Shown piece by piece: positions 1 through 8,548 of a stretch of 64,000 nucleotides of DNA. Made by a program: the position numbers and the translations under genes. The stretch comes from Patescibacteria group bacterium (GTDB taxonomy: Bacteria; Patescibacteriota; Gracilibacteria; Absconditabacterales; Absconditicoccaceae), in contig JAKJDW010000004.1 in the NCBI GenBank assembly GCA_022705745.1, positions 3,614 through 67,613 on the forward strand. The letters are read 5' to 3'. The notes under the pieces were generated by a model. That model saw nothing but the letters and a program-made list of their open reading frames with translations. It was not told the DNA's origin and ran no database searches. The stretch's first letter is position 1. Every line of letters starts with the position of its first letter.

Positions 1-77
1 ATATCATATTTATCACTTCAAAACAAATTTGCTTGTTCCCTTCTACATAATTTAAACTTTGGTCATGTATACTTCAT
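1..77 (-). CDS. rpsD: 30S ribosomal protein S4, N-terminal fragment (gene runs off the left edge)
   Basis: Minus-strand ATG at 75-77. Code-25 translation MKYTGPKFKLCRREQANLFGSDKYD matches the S4 N-terminus (M.RYtGPk.KLcRReG). It follows rpsK as in the alpha operon. Confidence 0.75.
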
Positions 78-117
78 TGATAATAATTAATTATAAATTT
101 TTGAATATTTTGATTTT

Positions 118-507
118 TTAGTTTCTTTTTGGTCTAACTCCTTTTACTCCACCAAACTGGATCGGTGTGGCTTCTTGTATATACAACAAATCTACCAAAG
201 CTACTTCGTTGATAGCTTTGAAAACCCCATCCCTTGCCATACCTATTCACTTTATTACAAGTCATATCTCTTTTAATCAAAAACTCTGAGCTTCTTTCAA
301 AATATTTTTTGTGAGTACTTCTGCCGCATAGGGAGTGTCTTTTTTTGCTCATTTATATCACAAAAGTCATGTCCCTCCTCCTAGAATCTTGTTTCATTCA
401 TTATCTGTTAAAATGATAAGAGTATTGTTTGGGGTAGTTTTTACATGTAAAACTCAGCTCGTAATTTTTATATCTTTTTTCTTGTTTGTCTTTTTTATAG
501 AAGCCAT
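118..507 (-). CDS. rpsK: 30S ribosomal protein S11
   Basis: Code-25 translation MASIKKTNKKKDIKITSGVLHVKTTPNNTLIILTDNEGNKILGGGTGLLGYKGAKKDTPYAAEV...EATPIQFGGVKGVRPKRN. Eight in-frame TGA fall at Gly positions. Ends in TAA. 390 nt, frame-consistent. Confidence 0.95.
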
Positions 508-537
508 AATTAAAATAATTTAATTAACTAAATAAAA

Positions 538-912
538 CTATTTTTTCAAAATAGGTCTAACTTTTGATCTACCGAGAAGTTTTTTTGCTGTCCTAGCATT
601 TTTTCTAGTAACTTGTCATCTAACGGGCAGACCAATACTGTGTCTCATCCCTCTGTAACACTTGATTTCTTTTAACCTTTTGATAGCAGAAGCTATCTCT
701 CTTTTGAGATCGCTCTCCAAAACATAGTTTTGTAGCTCGTCACTAATTTTTTTTTGTTCTTCTTCAGAAATATCTTTTACTTTTTTCATAAAAGGGATTC
801 CCAATTTATCTAATATTTTTTTTGATCTACTTCTGCCAATACCGTATATGCTAGTCATAGCTATCCATATAGATTTGTCCTCAGGTAGAACATGTCACAT
901 CAATCTAAACAT
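538..912 (-). CDS. rpsM: 30S ribosomal protein S13
   Basis: MFRLMGHVLPEDKSIWIAMTSIYGIGRSRSKKILDKLGI...[40 protein letters not shown]. The Gly of the conserved S13 motif LPVRGQ is a TGA. Ends in TAG. Confidence 0.95.
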
Positions 913-959
913 TCTTTCAAATTTTTAATTAAAATAAATTATTTATATAAAACAAAAAA

Positions 960-1076
960 CTATCCTTGTCTAGTTTTGTGTCTTGGATTTTTTTTGCAAA
1001 TTACATAAAGTTTTCCTTTTCTTTTTACTATCTGACAGAACATACATCTTTTTTGTATAGAACTCTTTACTTTCAT
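960..1076 (-). CDS. rpmJ: 50S ribosomal protein L36
   Basis: [38 protein letters not shown], a 38-aa L36 with the Cys/His zinc-ribbon pattern. Lies between infA and rpsM. Confidence 0.95.
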   Translation of the reverse strand: MKVKSSIQKRCMFCQIVKRKGKLYVICKKNPRHKTRQG

Positions 1077-1109
1077 TTCGATCAAATAAACAATATAAAT
1101 TATAGCATA

Positions 1110-1391
1110 TTATTCAGTCTCCATATCTCAAAGCTCTGTAGTTTCAACATCATTTTGAGTTGAATCGTAGCTATTGTACCTGTATACAATACGACCTTGC
1201 GTCATATCATATTGATTTACCTCCACTTTTACCCAATCACCTGGTATTACAGAAATATGCTTTTGCTTCATCTTACCAGATAGTTTGCAACGGATTTCCG
1301 CTCAAACATCTTTTAACTTAACCTTTAGGATTCATGCTGGAAGTTTTTCAAGCACTTCTCCATCTCGCTCTAAAGCAACTTCTTTAACCAT
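1110..1391 (-). CDS. infA: Translation initiation factor IF-1 (with a short C-terminal extension)
   Basis: [72 protein letters not shown]..., an S1-like IF-1 fold signature. Three in-frame TGA. The ATG overlaps the rplU stop (ATGGTTAA). Confidence 0.9.
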
Positions 1392-1707
1392 CAATCTCTA
1401 TTTTTTTAATTTCTAAAACCGTTTCACAAGGCCTAAATCAAATCCTTCTTTGGTATCTGTTTTTTCTTTTGAACTTCAAAACACCTATTTTTTTTCATTT
1501 TTTCGTTTCCAAAAGTTCTGCAGATACTTTTGCCTTTTGAATATAAGGAGATCAAACTATTACCTTTTCTCATTTGTCATCAAAAGCTAATAAAACTTCC
1601 TTGATATTTATTTTATCTCACTTATTTCATTCTATTTTATCTACAACTATAGTATCTCATTTTTTAACTATATATTGATGTCATTTTACTTCTATTACAG
1701 CATACAT
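1384..1707 (-). CDS. rplU: 50S ribosomal protein L21
   Basis: MYAVIEVKGHQYIVKKGDTIVVDKIEGNKGDKINIKEVLLAFDDKGEKVIVGSPYIQKAKVSAELLETKKGKKIGVLKFKRKNRYQRRIGFRP... matches L21 (MYAV...GgKQy.V..Gd...vekl). Confidence 0.9.
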
Positions 1708-1740
1708 AATGTCGTTGGTTTATATATTTAAAATTTGAAG

Positions 1741-2004
1741 CTAAGCAATTTTTCATAATTGTGCCAAAGTATTATATTTTTTCTTATTAGTCCTATATGC
1801 GTTTGAAACGATAGCTTTCACTCTTTTGTATCTCCTAGAACTAGGAAAATCATAAACAACAAATTTTCTATATCGCTTTGTGCCATAGTGCTTTTGTTTT
1901 TTAGCTTTTTCCAAAATATGAGAAGATCGTAACTCCTTTTTATAAAAAGAAATCATTCTCTCATTTGTAGTTAAGTCTCAAGTTCTTCGAACAGTAAATC
2001 ACAT
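1741..2004 (-). CDS. Small basic hypothetical protein (87 aa; alternative start at 1956)
   Basis: Code-25 ORF MGFTVRRTGDLTTNERMISFYKKELRSSHILEKAKKQKHYGTKRYRKFVVYDFPSSRRYKRVKAIVSNAYRTNKKKYNTLAQLGKIA. No family recognised. Confidence 0.4.
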
Positions 2005-2045
2005 GATTTTATTATTTAATAATAAATAAATTTTTGATTTTAATT

Positions 2046-2131
2046 TGCCGAGAACCGGAATTGAACCGGTACTCCATATTACTGGAAATGGATTTTAAGT
2101 CCATCGCGTCTACCAATTCCGCCACCCCGGC
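2046..2131 (-). tRNA. tRNA-Leu (anticodon TAA), long variable arm
   Basis: Reverse complement GCCGGGGTGGCGGAATTGGTAGACGCGATGGACTTAAAATCCATTTCCAGTAATATGGAGTACCGGTTCAATTCCGGTTCTCGGCA. Anticodon stem ATGGA/TCCAT, loop CTTAAAA. Confidence 0.9.
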
Positions 2132-2172
2132 TTGGTTTCAACACTTAATATTGTAAGTGTCTAAACGCTAAT

Positions 2173-2520
2173 CTATTTAACAACTTCTTTGTATATCTTA
2201 TCAAAAACCTCTGGAAAAGCTACTGCAATATTTGACAAAACTTTTCTATTCAAAAGGATGTTTTTCTTGGACATTTGTCCAATAAAAGCACTATACTTGG
2301 ATCACTTTTCCCTTAAACTAGCCGACAACCTTCCTGTCCATAATCTCCTAAAATCTCTTTTTTTTAGTTTTCTAGAAACATAGGCATGTTGTCATTGTTT
2401 TACTAAAGCATCTTTTACTTGGGTATACAAGTTTTTTCTACCCAGTCTAAAACCTTTGGCAGCTTTAATATATTTTTTGTGAGATCTTTGTCTTTGTAAT
2501 CCACTAGAAACCCTAACCAT
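2173..2520 (-). CDS. rplT: 50S ribosomal protein L20
   Basis: MVRVSSGLQRQRSHKKYIKAAKGFRLGRKNLYTQVKDALVKQGQHAYVSRKLKKRDFRRLWTGRLSASLREKGSKYSAFIGQMSKKNILLNRKVLSNIAV... matches L20. Two TGA read as Gly. Confidence 0.95.
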
Positions 2521-2528
2521 TTTTTATG

Positions 2529-2726
2529 TTATTTATAAGGAAGTAAAATTTTGACCATTCTGCTATTAGCTTTGGATAATTTTTTTCAATAAGGACTTTT
2601 TTTATTCGTCTTACCTTTGTTGGTAAGTAGGTGATTATTACAAGATTTTGAAGTTAAAACTTTTCAAGTTTTTGTAATTTTAAATCTTTTTGATGCACCA
2701 CTATGTGATTTTGCTTTATTTGCCAT
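2529..2726 (-). CDS. rpmI: 50S ribosomal protein L35
   Basis: MANKAKSHSGASKRFKITKTGKVLTSKSCNNHLLTNKGKTNKKSPYGKKLSKANSRMVKILLPYK. Has the L35 signature (AKRFK.T..GK, C-terminal LPY). Confidence 0.9.
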
Positions 2727-2734
2727 CTTTTTAA

Positions 2735-3280
2735 TTAAAATTTACTGAATAAAATAATACTATATCATTGTGCCTCTTTTTTTGGTGTAGAATATTGTGT
2801 TTTTCAAGCATCAGATAACTTTTCTACGATTTGGTTTAACATATCTACGGCTTTTGATTCATACATTCTTTCCCTTCACTTCAGTCTTATTGAGAATTTT
2901 ACATTATTTCATTCTAACAAAAATTCTCTTCATTTTTTTATTTTTAATTCTAAGTCGTTATTTCATATAGAGTAGTTGATTTTCAATTCTTTCAAAACTT
3001 TCTGTTTTTGAGTTTTCTTTTTTTCTCTCTCATCTTTTTGTTTTCTATACATATATTTACCATAATCCGTCAATAATGCGGTACAAACCTGTTTTACGGG
3101 GTCATAATGTATTTGAACTAAATCAAGACCTTTTTGTTCTGCCATTTCCAAAGCTACCCTTCTTGGGAAAGATCACAAGTTATTTTTTTTTTCATCCACA
3201 ATAACTATTGTTCAAGCTTTTATAGAACTGTTTACATATACTATTCTTTCTCATTTATGCTCAAAAGGTCTTTCTTGCAT
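2735..3280 (-). CDS. infC: Translation initiation factor IF-3
   Basis: MQERPFEHKGERIVYVNSSIKAGTIVIVDEKKNNLGSFPRRVALEMAEQKGLDLVQIHYDPVKQVCTALLTDYGKYMYRKQKDEREKKK...IRLKGRERMYESKAVDMLNQIVEKL. Classic infC-rpmI-rplT order. Confidence 0.9.
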
Positions 3281-3316
3281 ACAATATTTTATAAACTAAA
3301 TAGCCAAGGTCTAATT

Positions 3317-3391
3317 CGCTCCCGGCGGGACTCGAACCCGCGATCTTCGCCGTGAGAGGGCGATGTCCTAAAACCGCTAGACTACGAGAGC
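3317..3391 (-). tRNA. tRNA-Glu (anticodon CTC)
   Basis: RC GCTCTCGTAGTCTAGCGGTTTTAGGACATCGCCCTCTCACGGCGAAGATCGCGGGTTCGAGTCCCGCCGGGAGCG. Anticodon stem TCGCC/GGCGA, loop CTCTCAC. Resembles bacterial tRNA-Glu (GTCTAG..AGGACA.CGCCCT.TCACGGCG). Confidence 0.85.
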
Positions 3392-3411
3392 CCACAAAGT
3401 TTTATTAAATT

Positions 3412-3500
3412 TATCCCCAGGTGGATCCCGCAATGTGCGGGACTAGCCCGAACCACCAACTTATCCCGCTGTATAGCGGGATTGCTCTATCCAATCTATC
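3412..3500 (-). pseudogene. Decayed copy of tRNA-Arg(TCT) carrying two GC-rich hairpin modules
   Basis: Aligns to the intact tRNA-Arg at 3528-3601 (shared ttatccccaggtgga...cgaaccaccaactta...ttgctctatcc). TCCCGCAATGTGCGGGA (3426-3442) sits in the T-arm, TCCCGCTGTATAGCGGGA (3464-3481) replaces the anticodon arm, and the 5' acceptor is lost. Confidence 0.6.
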
Positions 3501-3527
3501 TTTCTTCAACTTGTTGGTATGTTATTT

Positions 3528-3601
3528 TATCCCCAGGTGGACTCGAACCACCAACTTACAGCTTAGAAGGCTGTTGCTCTATCCGATTGAACTATGGGGA
3601 C
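3528..3601 (-). tRNA. tRNA-Arg (anticodon TCT)
   Basis: RC GTCCCCATAGTTCAATCGGATAGAGCAACAGCCTTCTAAGCTGTAAGTTGGTGGTTCGAGTCCACCTGGGGATA. Anticodon stem ACAGC/GCTGT, loop CTTCTAA. G1-U72 wobble. Confidence 0.85.
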
Positions 3602-3630
3602 TTGAGACATACCTGGTAAATAATTTAATT

Positions 3631-3705
3631 TGGACCCTATCGGAGTCGAACCGATTACCTCCTGCGTACAATCCCGCAATTCTGCGGGACTAGCCAAGTG
3701 AGAAT
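3631..3705 (-). pseudogene. Decayed copy of tRNA-Ala(TGC) with a GC-rich hairpin replacing part of the anticodon and D arms
   Basis: The first 47 nt match the intact tRNA-Ala at 3979-4053 with one mismatch (tggaccctatcggagtcgaaccgattacctcctgcgt[a/g]caa). TCCCGCAATTCTGCGGGA (3672-3689) then substitutes for aacaggcgctcta, and the 5' acceptor is degenerate. Confidence 0.6.
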
Positions 3706-3978
3706 TTAACACTTAACAAATCACTCGTAATTCATTATCCTATCAATGTGTCACGATTTTTTCAAATTAGACTCAATTTTCAAAGCTATTTTTTTATTTT
3801 CACATTCCAAATATCAAACCAGCTTTAAATCATTTCACATTCTTTTTGTAGAATAAACTTTTCAGTCCAAATGTTGTTGGTATCTTATTTTTACATTCCC
3901 CGTAATTCATAAATAGAATCTCGTTCCCTTTAATAAATACACATAGAACATAAAATAAAGATTGTTTTGATTTAAATT

Positions 3979-4053
3979 TGGACCCTATCGGAGTCGAACC
4001 GATTACCTCCTGCGTGCAAAACAGGCGCTCTAAGCCAGGTGAGCTAAGGGCCC
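3979..4053 (-). tRNA. tRNA-Ala (anticodon TGC) with the G3:U70 identity pair
   Basis: RC GGGCCCTTAGCTCACCTGGCTTAGAGCGCCTGTTTTGCACGCAGGAGGTAATCGGTTCGACTCCGATAGGGTCCA. Loop TTTGCAC. G3 pairs with T70. Confidence 0.9.
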
Positions 4054-4097
4054 ATATAAGTTTGGACACAACTTCTACAACAATTTGTTTTACTATT

Positions 4098-4190
4098 AAC
4101 CGACTACCTCCTGCGTGCAATCCCGCAATTCTGCGGGACTAGCCAGGTGTGACTTTAGGAATCCCGATCTATCGGGAAGCTAAAGGGCCC
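4098..4190 (-). pseudogene. 5'-part copy of tRNA-Ala(TGC) interrupted by two hairpin modules
   Basis: aaccgactacctcctgcgtgcaa + TCCCGCAATTCTGCGGGA (4121-4138) + ctagccaggtg + tgactttaggaa + TCCCGATCTATCGGGA (4162-4177) + agctaaagggccc. The downstream flank catataagttt is also duplicated from the intact gene. The T-arm and 3' acceptor are missing. Confidence 0.55.
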
Positions 4191-4199
4191 ATATAAGTT

Positions 4200-4282
4200 T
4201 GGGGAGAGTGTGATTTGAACACACGTAGCCGTGAGGCGTCAGATTTACAGTCTGATGCAATTGACCGCTCTGCCATCTCCCC
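4200..4282 (-). tRNA. tRNA-Tyr (anticodon GTA), long variable arm
   Basis: RC GGGGAGATGGCAGAGCGGTCAATTGCATCAGACTGTAAATCTGACGCCTCACGGCTACGTGTGTTCAAATCACACTCTCCCCA. Anticodon stem TCAGA/TCTGA, loop CTGTAAA. Confidence 0.9.
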
Positions 4283-4497
4283 TTTTTATACTTTATATAG
4301 TGAATACATTCTACCATTTCCCCCCAATAATATTAGCCGTGAGGCGCCCCGATACATCGGGGTGCAATTGACCGCTCTGCCATCTCCCCTTTTTATACTT
4401 TATATAGTGAATACATTCTACCATTTCCCCCAATAATATTAGCCGTGAAACGCCCTGATACATCGGGGTGCAATTGACAGCTCTGCCAATAAATAAT
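4283..4497 (-). repeat. Two tandem ~107-bp units, each a 52-bp upstream spacer plus a tRNA-Tyr 5' half whose anticodon stem-loop is replaced by a CCCCGATACATCGGGG hairpin
   Basis: Unit 1 is 4283-4389 and unit 2 is 4390-4497 (more decayed). agccgtgaggcg[CCCCGATACATCGGGG]tgcaattgaccgctctgccatctcccc compares with the real gene agccgtgaggcg[TCAGATTTACAGTCTGA]tgcaattgacc.... A third, weaker copy lies near 4527-4575. Confidence 0.7.
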
Positions 4498-4863
4498 TTT
4501 CTACTATTCTCTTCAAAATAAAATTAACTATGAGGTGTCCAGGTGGATCAGGGGACTATTGACCACTTCTTCGTATATTTTAAAACAACAAATACAGCAT
4601 AATATTGTTGCTTATAAGTATGACAATTATGTATATGAAAATAAAAAGCAAAATCAAGTGTTTTTATATTATTTTATCATTTTTTCGACAGAATGGTTGT
4701 TTTTAATCTCGCTTTGGTTCTATATGCTTGTTTAAAAATGAGAAAAAAAGATGGACTTTCCTAGCTTTACAAGCAAAAGAAAAAGTGAGGCGAGGTTTTT
4801 ATTTGGATTTGATTGATAAAAAAAGTTACTTTAAAATTATTTTATGATATCAAAGTAGCATAA

Positions 4864-5559
4864 TTATCTTTTGAATGCTTGAAGATGGTTTTTACTTCCG
4901 TTAAGAAGGATTTGGAGTCATTGTATTATAGAAGGGTGATTTTTGAACAATGGCATCATATTTTCTAAATCAACAATATCTTTTTCTTCAACCAAAATAC
5001 CAACCTGTATTGCTTCTGCGCTACTTGTTTTTCATTTTACTATAAGATCATCGTATAATTGTTGTAGTTCTGTATTTTTGAATTCTCCTGCTGACATTCA
5101 CTCAGTTGGATTTTCCAATCAGTATGCTTCCAAAATTGTTGCGATTACGGATTGATGGTTTATCTCTCCTTTTATTATATTATTAAGTCTTTTGTCGCCT
5201 CGCTGATCATACATTACTTGATATATATCTTGTGCCAACTTTTCTTCTTCTATAATAAATTGCAATTCAGAGATTTGTTCAGGAGTTAGATCAAGTCATG
5301 TATCCACAACAAGATTCATATGATTAATTCATGTTGCTGACGAATTGCGTCAGATTCCTTGTTGTCATCAACCACGAACTGTTTGTCCTCTTTTTGCGTT
5401 TCATCATCATTGTCATTGTTGTTGATTTGTAGTTATTTTAGAGCCTCTGGATTGAGATGTTAATTCTAGTCTGTTTCTATTGACTTGTTCAAGTGATGTA
5501 CATCAAGCAAATAAAAAAACTAATCCCAAAACTGAAAATAGTATTAATGTTTTTTTCAT
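4864..5559 (-). CDS. Lipoprotein with a ferritin-like DUF2202-type domain
   Basis: MKKTLILFSVLGLVFLFAGCTS... The lipobox is LFAGC, whose Gly is a TGA. A Gly/Gln-rich linker follows, then LTPEQISELQFIIEEEKLAQDIYQVMYDQRG...NHQSVIATILEAYGLENP...LQILLNGSKNHLQAFKR, which resembles DUF2202. Confidence 0.75.
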
Positions 5560-5732
5560 GACATATTTATAGTATATAAAAATGGAGGCCTTTTATATTT
5601 TTTATAAAAACTTTTTCAATAGATTTTCAAAATAAAAAAAATGTTTTTTAGCTTGTGTAAAAAACAAAACAAACCCTGTCTCAATATAAATCGCAAATTA
5701 ACTTTTTGATAATAATCTACAAATAAATATGC

Positions 5733-5972
5733 TTAAAAAGTACCAACAGAATCTGATTTGAGTGGTGATCACATATCTAATACACCAAACATATATAAAA
5801 CTCCTAATACTATAATACCGAATCAAAACAAAACTATAGCATTTCTCGTTCATCCAAGATATTTTTCAGCTCGTGCATTTTTACCTAAAAGATCAACTAG
5901 TTGCGCTGAATAATAAATCAAAACAGCCCCTATCAACATAAACAATGAACCCAAAATTATTTGTTTTCGCAT
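5733..5972 (-). CDS. Small membrane protein (79 aa, two predicted TM helices)
   Basis: MRKQIILGSLFMLIGAVLIYYSAQLVDLLGKNARAEKYLGGTRNAIVLFGFGIIVLGVLYMFGVLDMGSPLKSDSVGTF. Code-25 ORF ending in TAA. Confidence 0.5.
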
Positions 5973-6009
5973 TGTGTGTTTTTGATATAGTTTGTAAATG
6001 ATACAAAAT

Positions 6010-6083
6010 AGCGGGTAACGGGACTCGAACCCGTACGAACAGAGCTGAAGTCTGCTATGCTACACCAACTACATCATACCCGC
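6010..6083 (-). tRNA. tRNA-Gly with anticodon UCA, the decoder of reassigned UGA codons
   Basis: RC GCGGGTATGATGTAGTTGGTGTAGCATAGCAGACTTCAGCTCTGTTCGTACGGGTTCGAGTCCCGTTACCCGCT folds as a cloverleaf. Acceptor GCGGGTA/TACCCGC, D stem ATGT/GCAT, anticodon stem GCAGA/TCTGT, loop CT-TCA-GC, T arm ACGGG/CCCGT. G1:C72, C2:G71, G3:C70 and U73 are the bacterial Gly identity set. Confidence 0.85.
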
Positions 6084-6275
6084 ACAACAACAAAAAAAAC
6101 ATTGGCGTGACGCACTTTATACAATATATAAATGTAGAATGTAAAATCAAGTATTTTTGACGCCAAAATGCTTGTCTAAAAACAACATAAGGACTAGCTT
6201 AAATTTTTTGTTGCAATTTGTATATATCTTTCGTATATTCAATCTTGTTTTATTTATATAAAATACGCGTATATT

Positions 6276-7715
6276 ATGAGATTCAACAATCCAATTTATG
6301 AAAATGAAGAATTAACTTATCAAGATGTGTTTTTATTTCAAAATTATTTTGAGTGAAAATCTAGGTTTGAAGTTGAAATAAAACCGACAAACTCACTTTG
6401 AACAGAAATCCCTATAGTTGTAGCAAACATGAATGCTGTAGCAGGGAAAAGAATGGCAGAAACTATCGCTCGCTATGGTGGATTAGCGGTTTTACCACAA
6501 GATATGTCCATAGAGACATTGGAAAGAGTTATAAAGCATGTAAAAAGTGCTAATCCAAAATATGACACTCCCATCACGGTTAAAGCGAAAAACACAATTA
6601 GGGATGCTATGTGAATAATCCACAAAAGAGATCATAATTGTGTAGTAATGGTAGATGATGATTTTAGAGCTATTTGAATTTTTACCCCAAAAGATTTTGC
6701 GGATTTGGATCAATTTTCCTTGCTTTGAGATATAAAAAAATGACAACTTATTACATGAGAAGTGTGAATTTCAAACGAAGATGCTTTTAATATAATGGAT
6801 GAAAAAAATATATCATCGTTGCCAATTGTAGATAAAAATTGAGTATTGAAATGAATCTTAACCAAAAAAAATACCATTAGAAATAGTATTTACAAACCAA
6901 CTTTGGACAAAAATGGAAAACTGAATGTAGCAGTGGCTATAGGAATAAATGGTTTTGAAGAAAAGGTTCATAGGTTATTTGAATTGTGAGTAGATATTTT
7001 TGTTTTGGATACAGCACATGGGTATCAAAAGTCTATGATAGAAAATATCAAAAAATTTAGAAAGTTGTTTGGAAACTGAGCTACTTTAATTGCTGGGAAT
7101 GTAATTACAGAAAAAGCGACCCGTGAATTAATTAAAGCATGAGCAAGTGGTGTAAAAGTATGAATATGACCTGGAGCTATGTGTACCACTAGAATGAAAA
7201 CTGGAGTATGAAGACCTCAATTTACAGCAGTATACAAATGTGCAAAAGAAGCAAAAAAACATAGTGGTTTTGTACGGGCGGATGGTGGAATAAAGTCACC
7301 AAGAGATATGAACTTAGCTTTAGCTGCTTGAGCAAATCATGTGATGTTTGGCTCCTTATTTGCTGGGACTTTAGAATCAGTATGAGATGTAAAATATGAT
7401 AATGATGGGAATATGTACAAGGACAATTATGGAATGGCAAGTAAAAAAGCAGTAAATTTGAGAAATCAGAACGAATCAAAGTTTTGATTGTTGAAAAAAG
7501 AGATGTTTCGTGAATGAATTTCTAACTCAAAAATTTATATAAAAAAGTGAAGAGAATCAGTATGAGATATTGTAGATGATTTTGTTGCATGACTTCGTTC
7601 TGCTATGACTTATGTATGAGCTAGTAATTTAAAAGAATTTAATGAAAAAGCTATTATTTGAGTACAGACTAATGCAGGTTTTGCTGAATGAGAACCTGTG
7701 GGAGAAATGAGATAA
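6276..7715 (+). CDS. guaB: IMP dehydrogenase / GMP reductase family protein with a CBS pair
   Basis: 479 aa under code 25: MRFNNPIYENEELTYQDVFLF...IPIVVANMNAVAGKRMAETIARYGGLAVLPQDM...FVLDTAHGYQ...[28 protein letters not shown]...ADGGIKSPRDMNLALAAGANHVMFGSLFAG. Catalytic loop [11 protein letters not shown]. Many TGA read as Gly. Confidence 0.9.
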
Positions 7716-7825
7716 GATTTATAAGATAAGGTTTATAGAATAAGTTCTCGTTTTATCAAAATCATTTGAAAAGGAGAAAGGAAATCTTATGCTAAAAGTA
7801 AGAATTTATTTACTAAGAAAAAATT

Positions 7826-8026
7826 ATGGAAACAAAAGATTGTAATGGAAACATTTTACAAACGGGAGATACAGTCCAACCTATCAAAGATCTTCAGGTA
7901 AAATGAAGTTCACAAGTGTTCAAAAAATGAGAAGCTATCAAGAAAATTCGTCTTACAGATGATCCCGATTTTGTGGAAGTGAAATGAATTTATTTGAGAA
8001 CAGAGTTTTTGAAAAAAAGAAAATAG
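7826..8026 (+). CDS. PhnA/YjdM-like small protein
   Basis: METKDCNGNILQTGDTVQPIKDLQVKGSSQVFKKGEAIKKIRLTDDPDFVEVKGIYLRTEFLKKRK resembles the PhnA C-terminal domain (D.nGn.L.dGD.V..iKDLkvKGs...lK.Gt.vk.IrL). Confidence 0.7.
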
Positions 8027-8053
8027 TTGTTTTAAAATATAAAATTAGTTTCT

Positions 8054-8521
8054 ATGCCAATAAACAATCCTCTCGCAGAAAAAGAAATCAAAGAATTGAT
8101 CAAAGTAGCCAAAAAAACTCGTAAAAATGCTTTCGCTCATCGTTCTATGCACAAAATATGAGCTAGTGTTTTGACTATGGATTGAAAAATTTTTTGATGA
8201 TGCAATGTAGAAAGTGCTATTAGTGGGCTTGGTACTTGTGCAGAACGCTGTGCTGCAGACAATGCTGTTTCTCATGGACATTATGAGCTTAGGGCTGTAT
8301 GCACTGTAGATACCCAACTTGTACCCATTTGCTGAGCTTGTTTGCAATATATTTTATTGTTTTCTCAAGTTTCTGATCAAGATATTTGGATGGTTAGTGC
8401 TGATCTTAAATGAAATTATGAGATAAAAACACTTAGCCAGTTATTGCCAGAATGATATAAAACAAAAAAAATAGAAAATCTCAAAATATACAGTAAAAAA
8501 AATAAACAAATTAAAAAATAA
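8054..8521 (+). CDS. cdd: Cytidine deaminase
   Basis: MPINNPLAEKEIKELIKVAKKTRKNAFAHRSMHKIGASVLTMDGKIFGGCNVESAISGLGTCAERCAADNAVSHGHYELRAVCTVDTQLVPICGACLQYIL.... Zinc motifs CAERCA and PICGACLQ. Confidence 0.85.
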
Positions 8522-8548
8522 TCTTTTATTATTTAAATCTACAAAAAA

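Noticed and set aside
8045-8347. Antisense shadow ORFs in the track (for example 8045-8347, 38618-38947, 38987-39274, 49555-50001, 53171-53536, 62000-62422, 35124-35483)
   Set aside because: Each lies opposite a gene with clear family signatures on the other strand (cdd, patatin, pilT, ValRS-like, ppdK, rnc). Their translations are low-complexity with no recognisable motifs.
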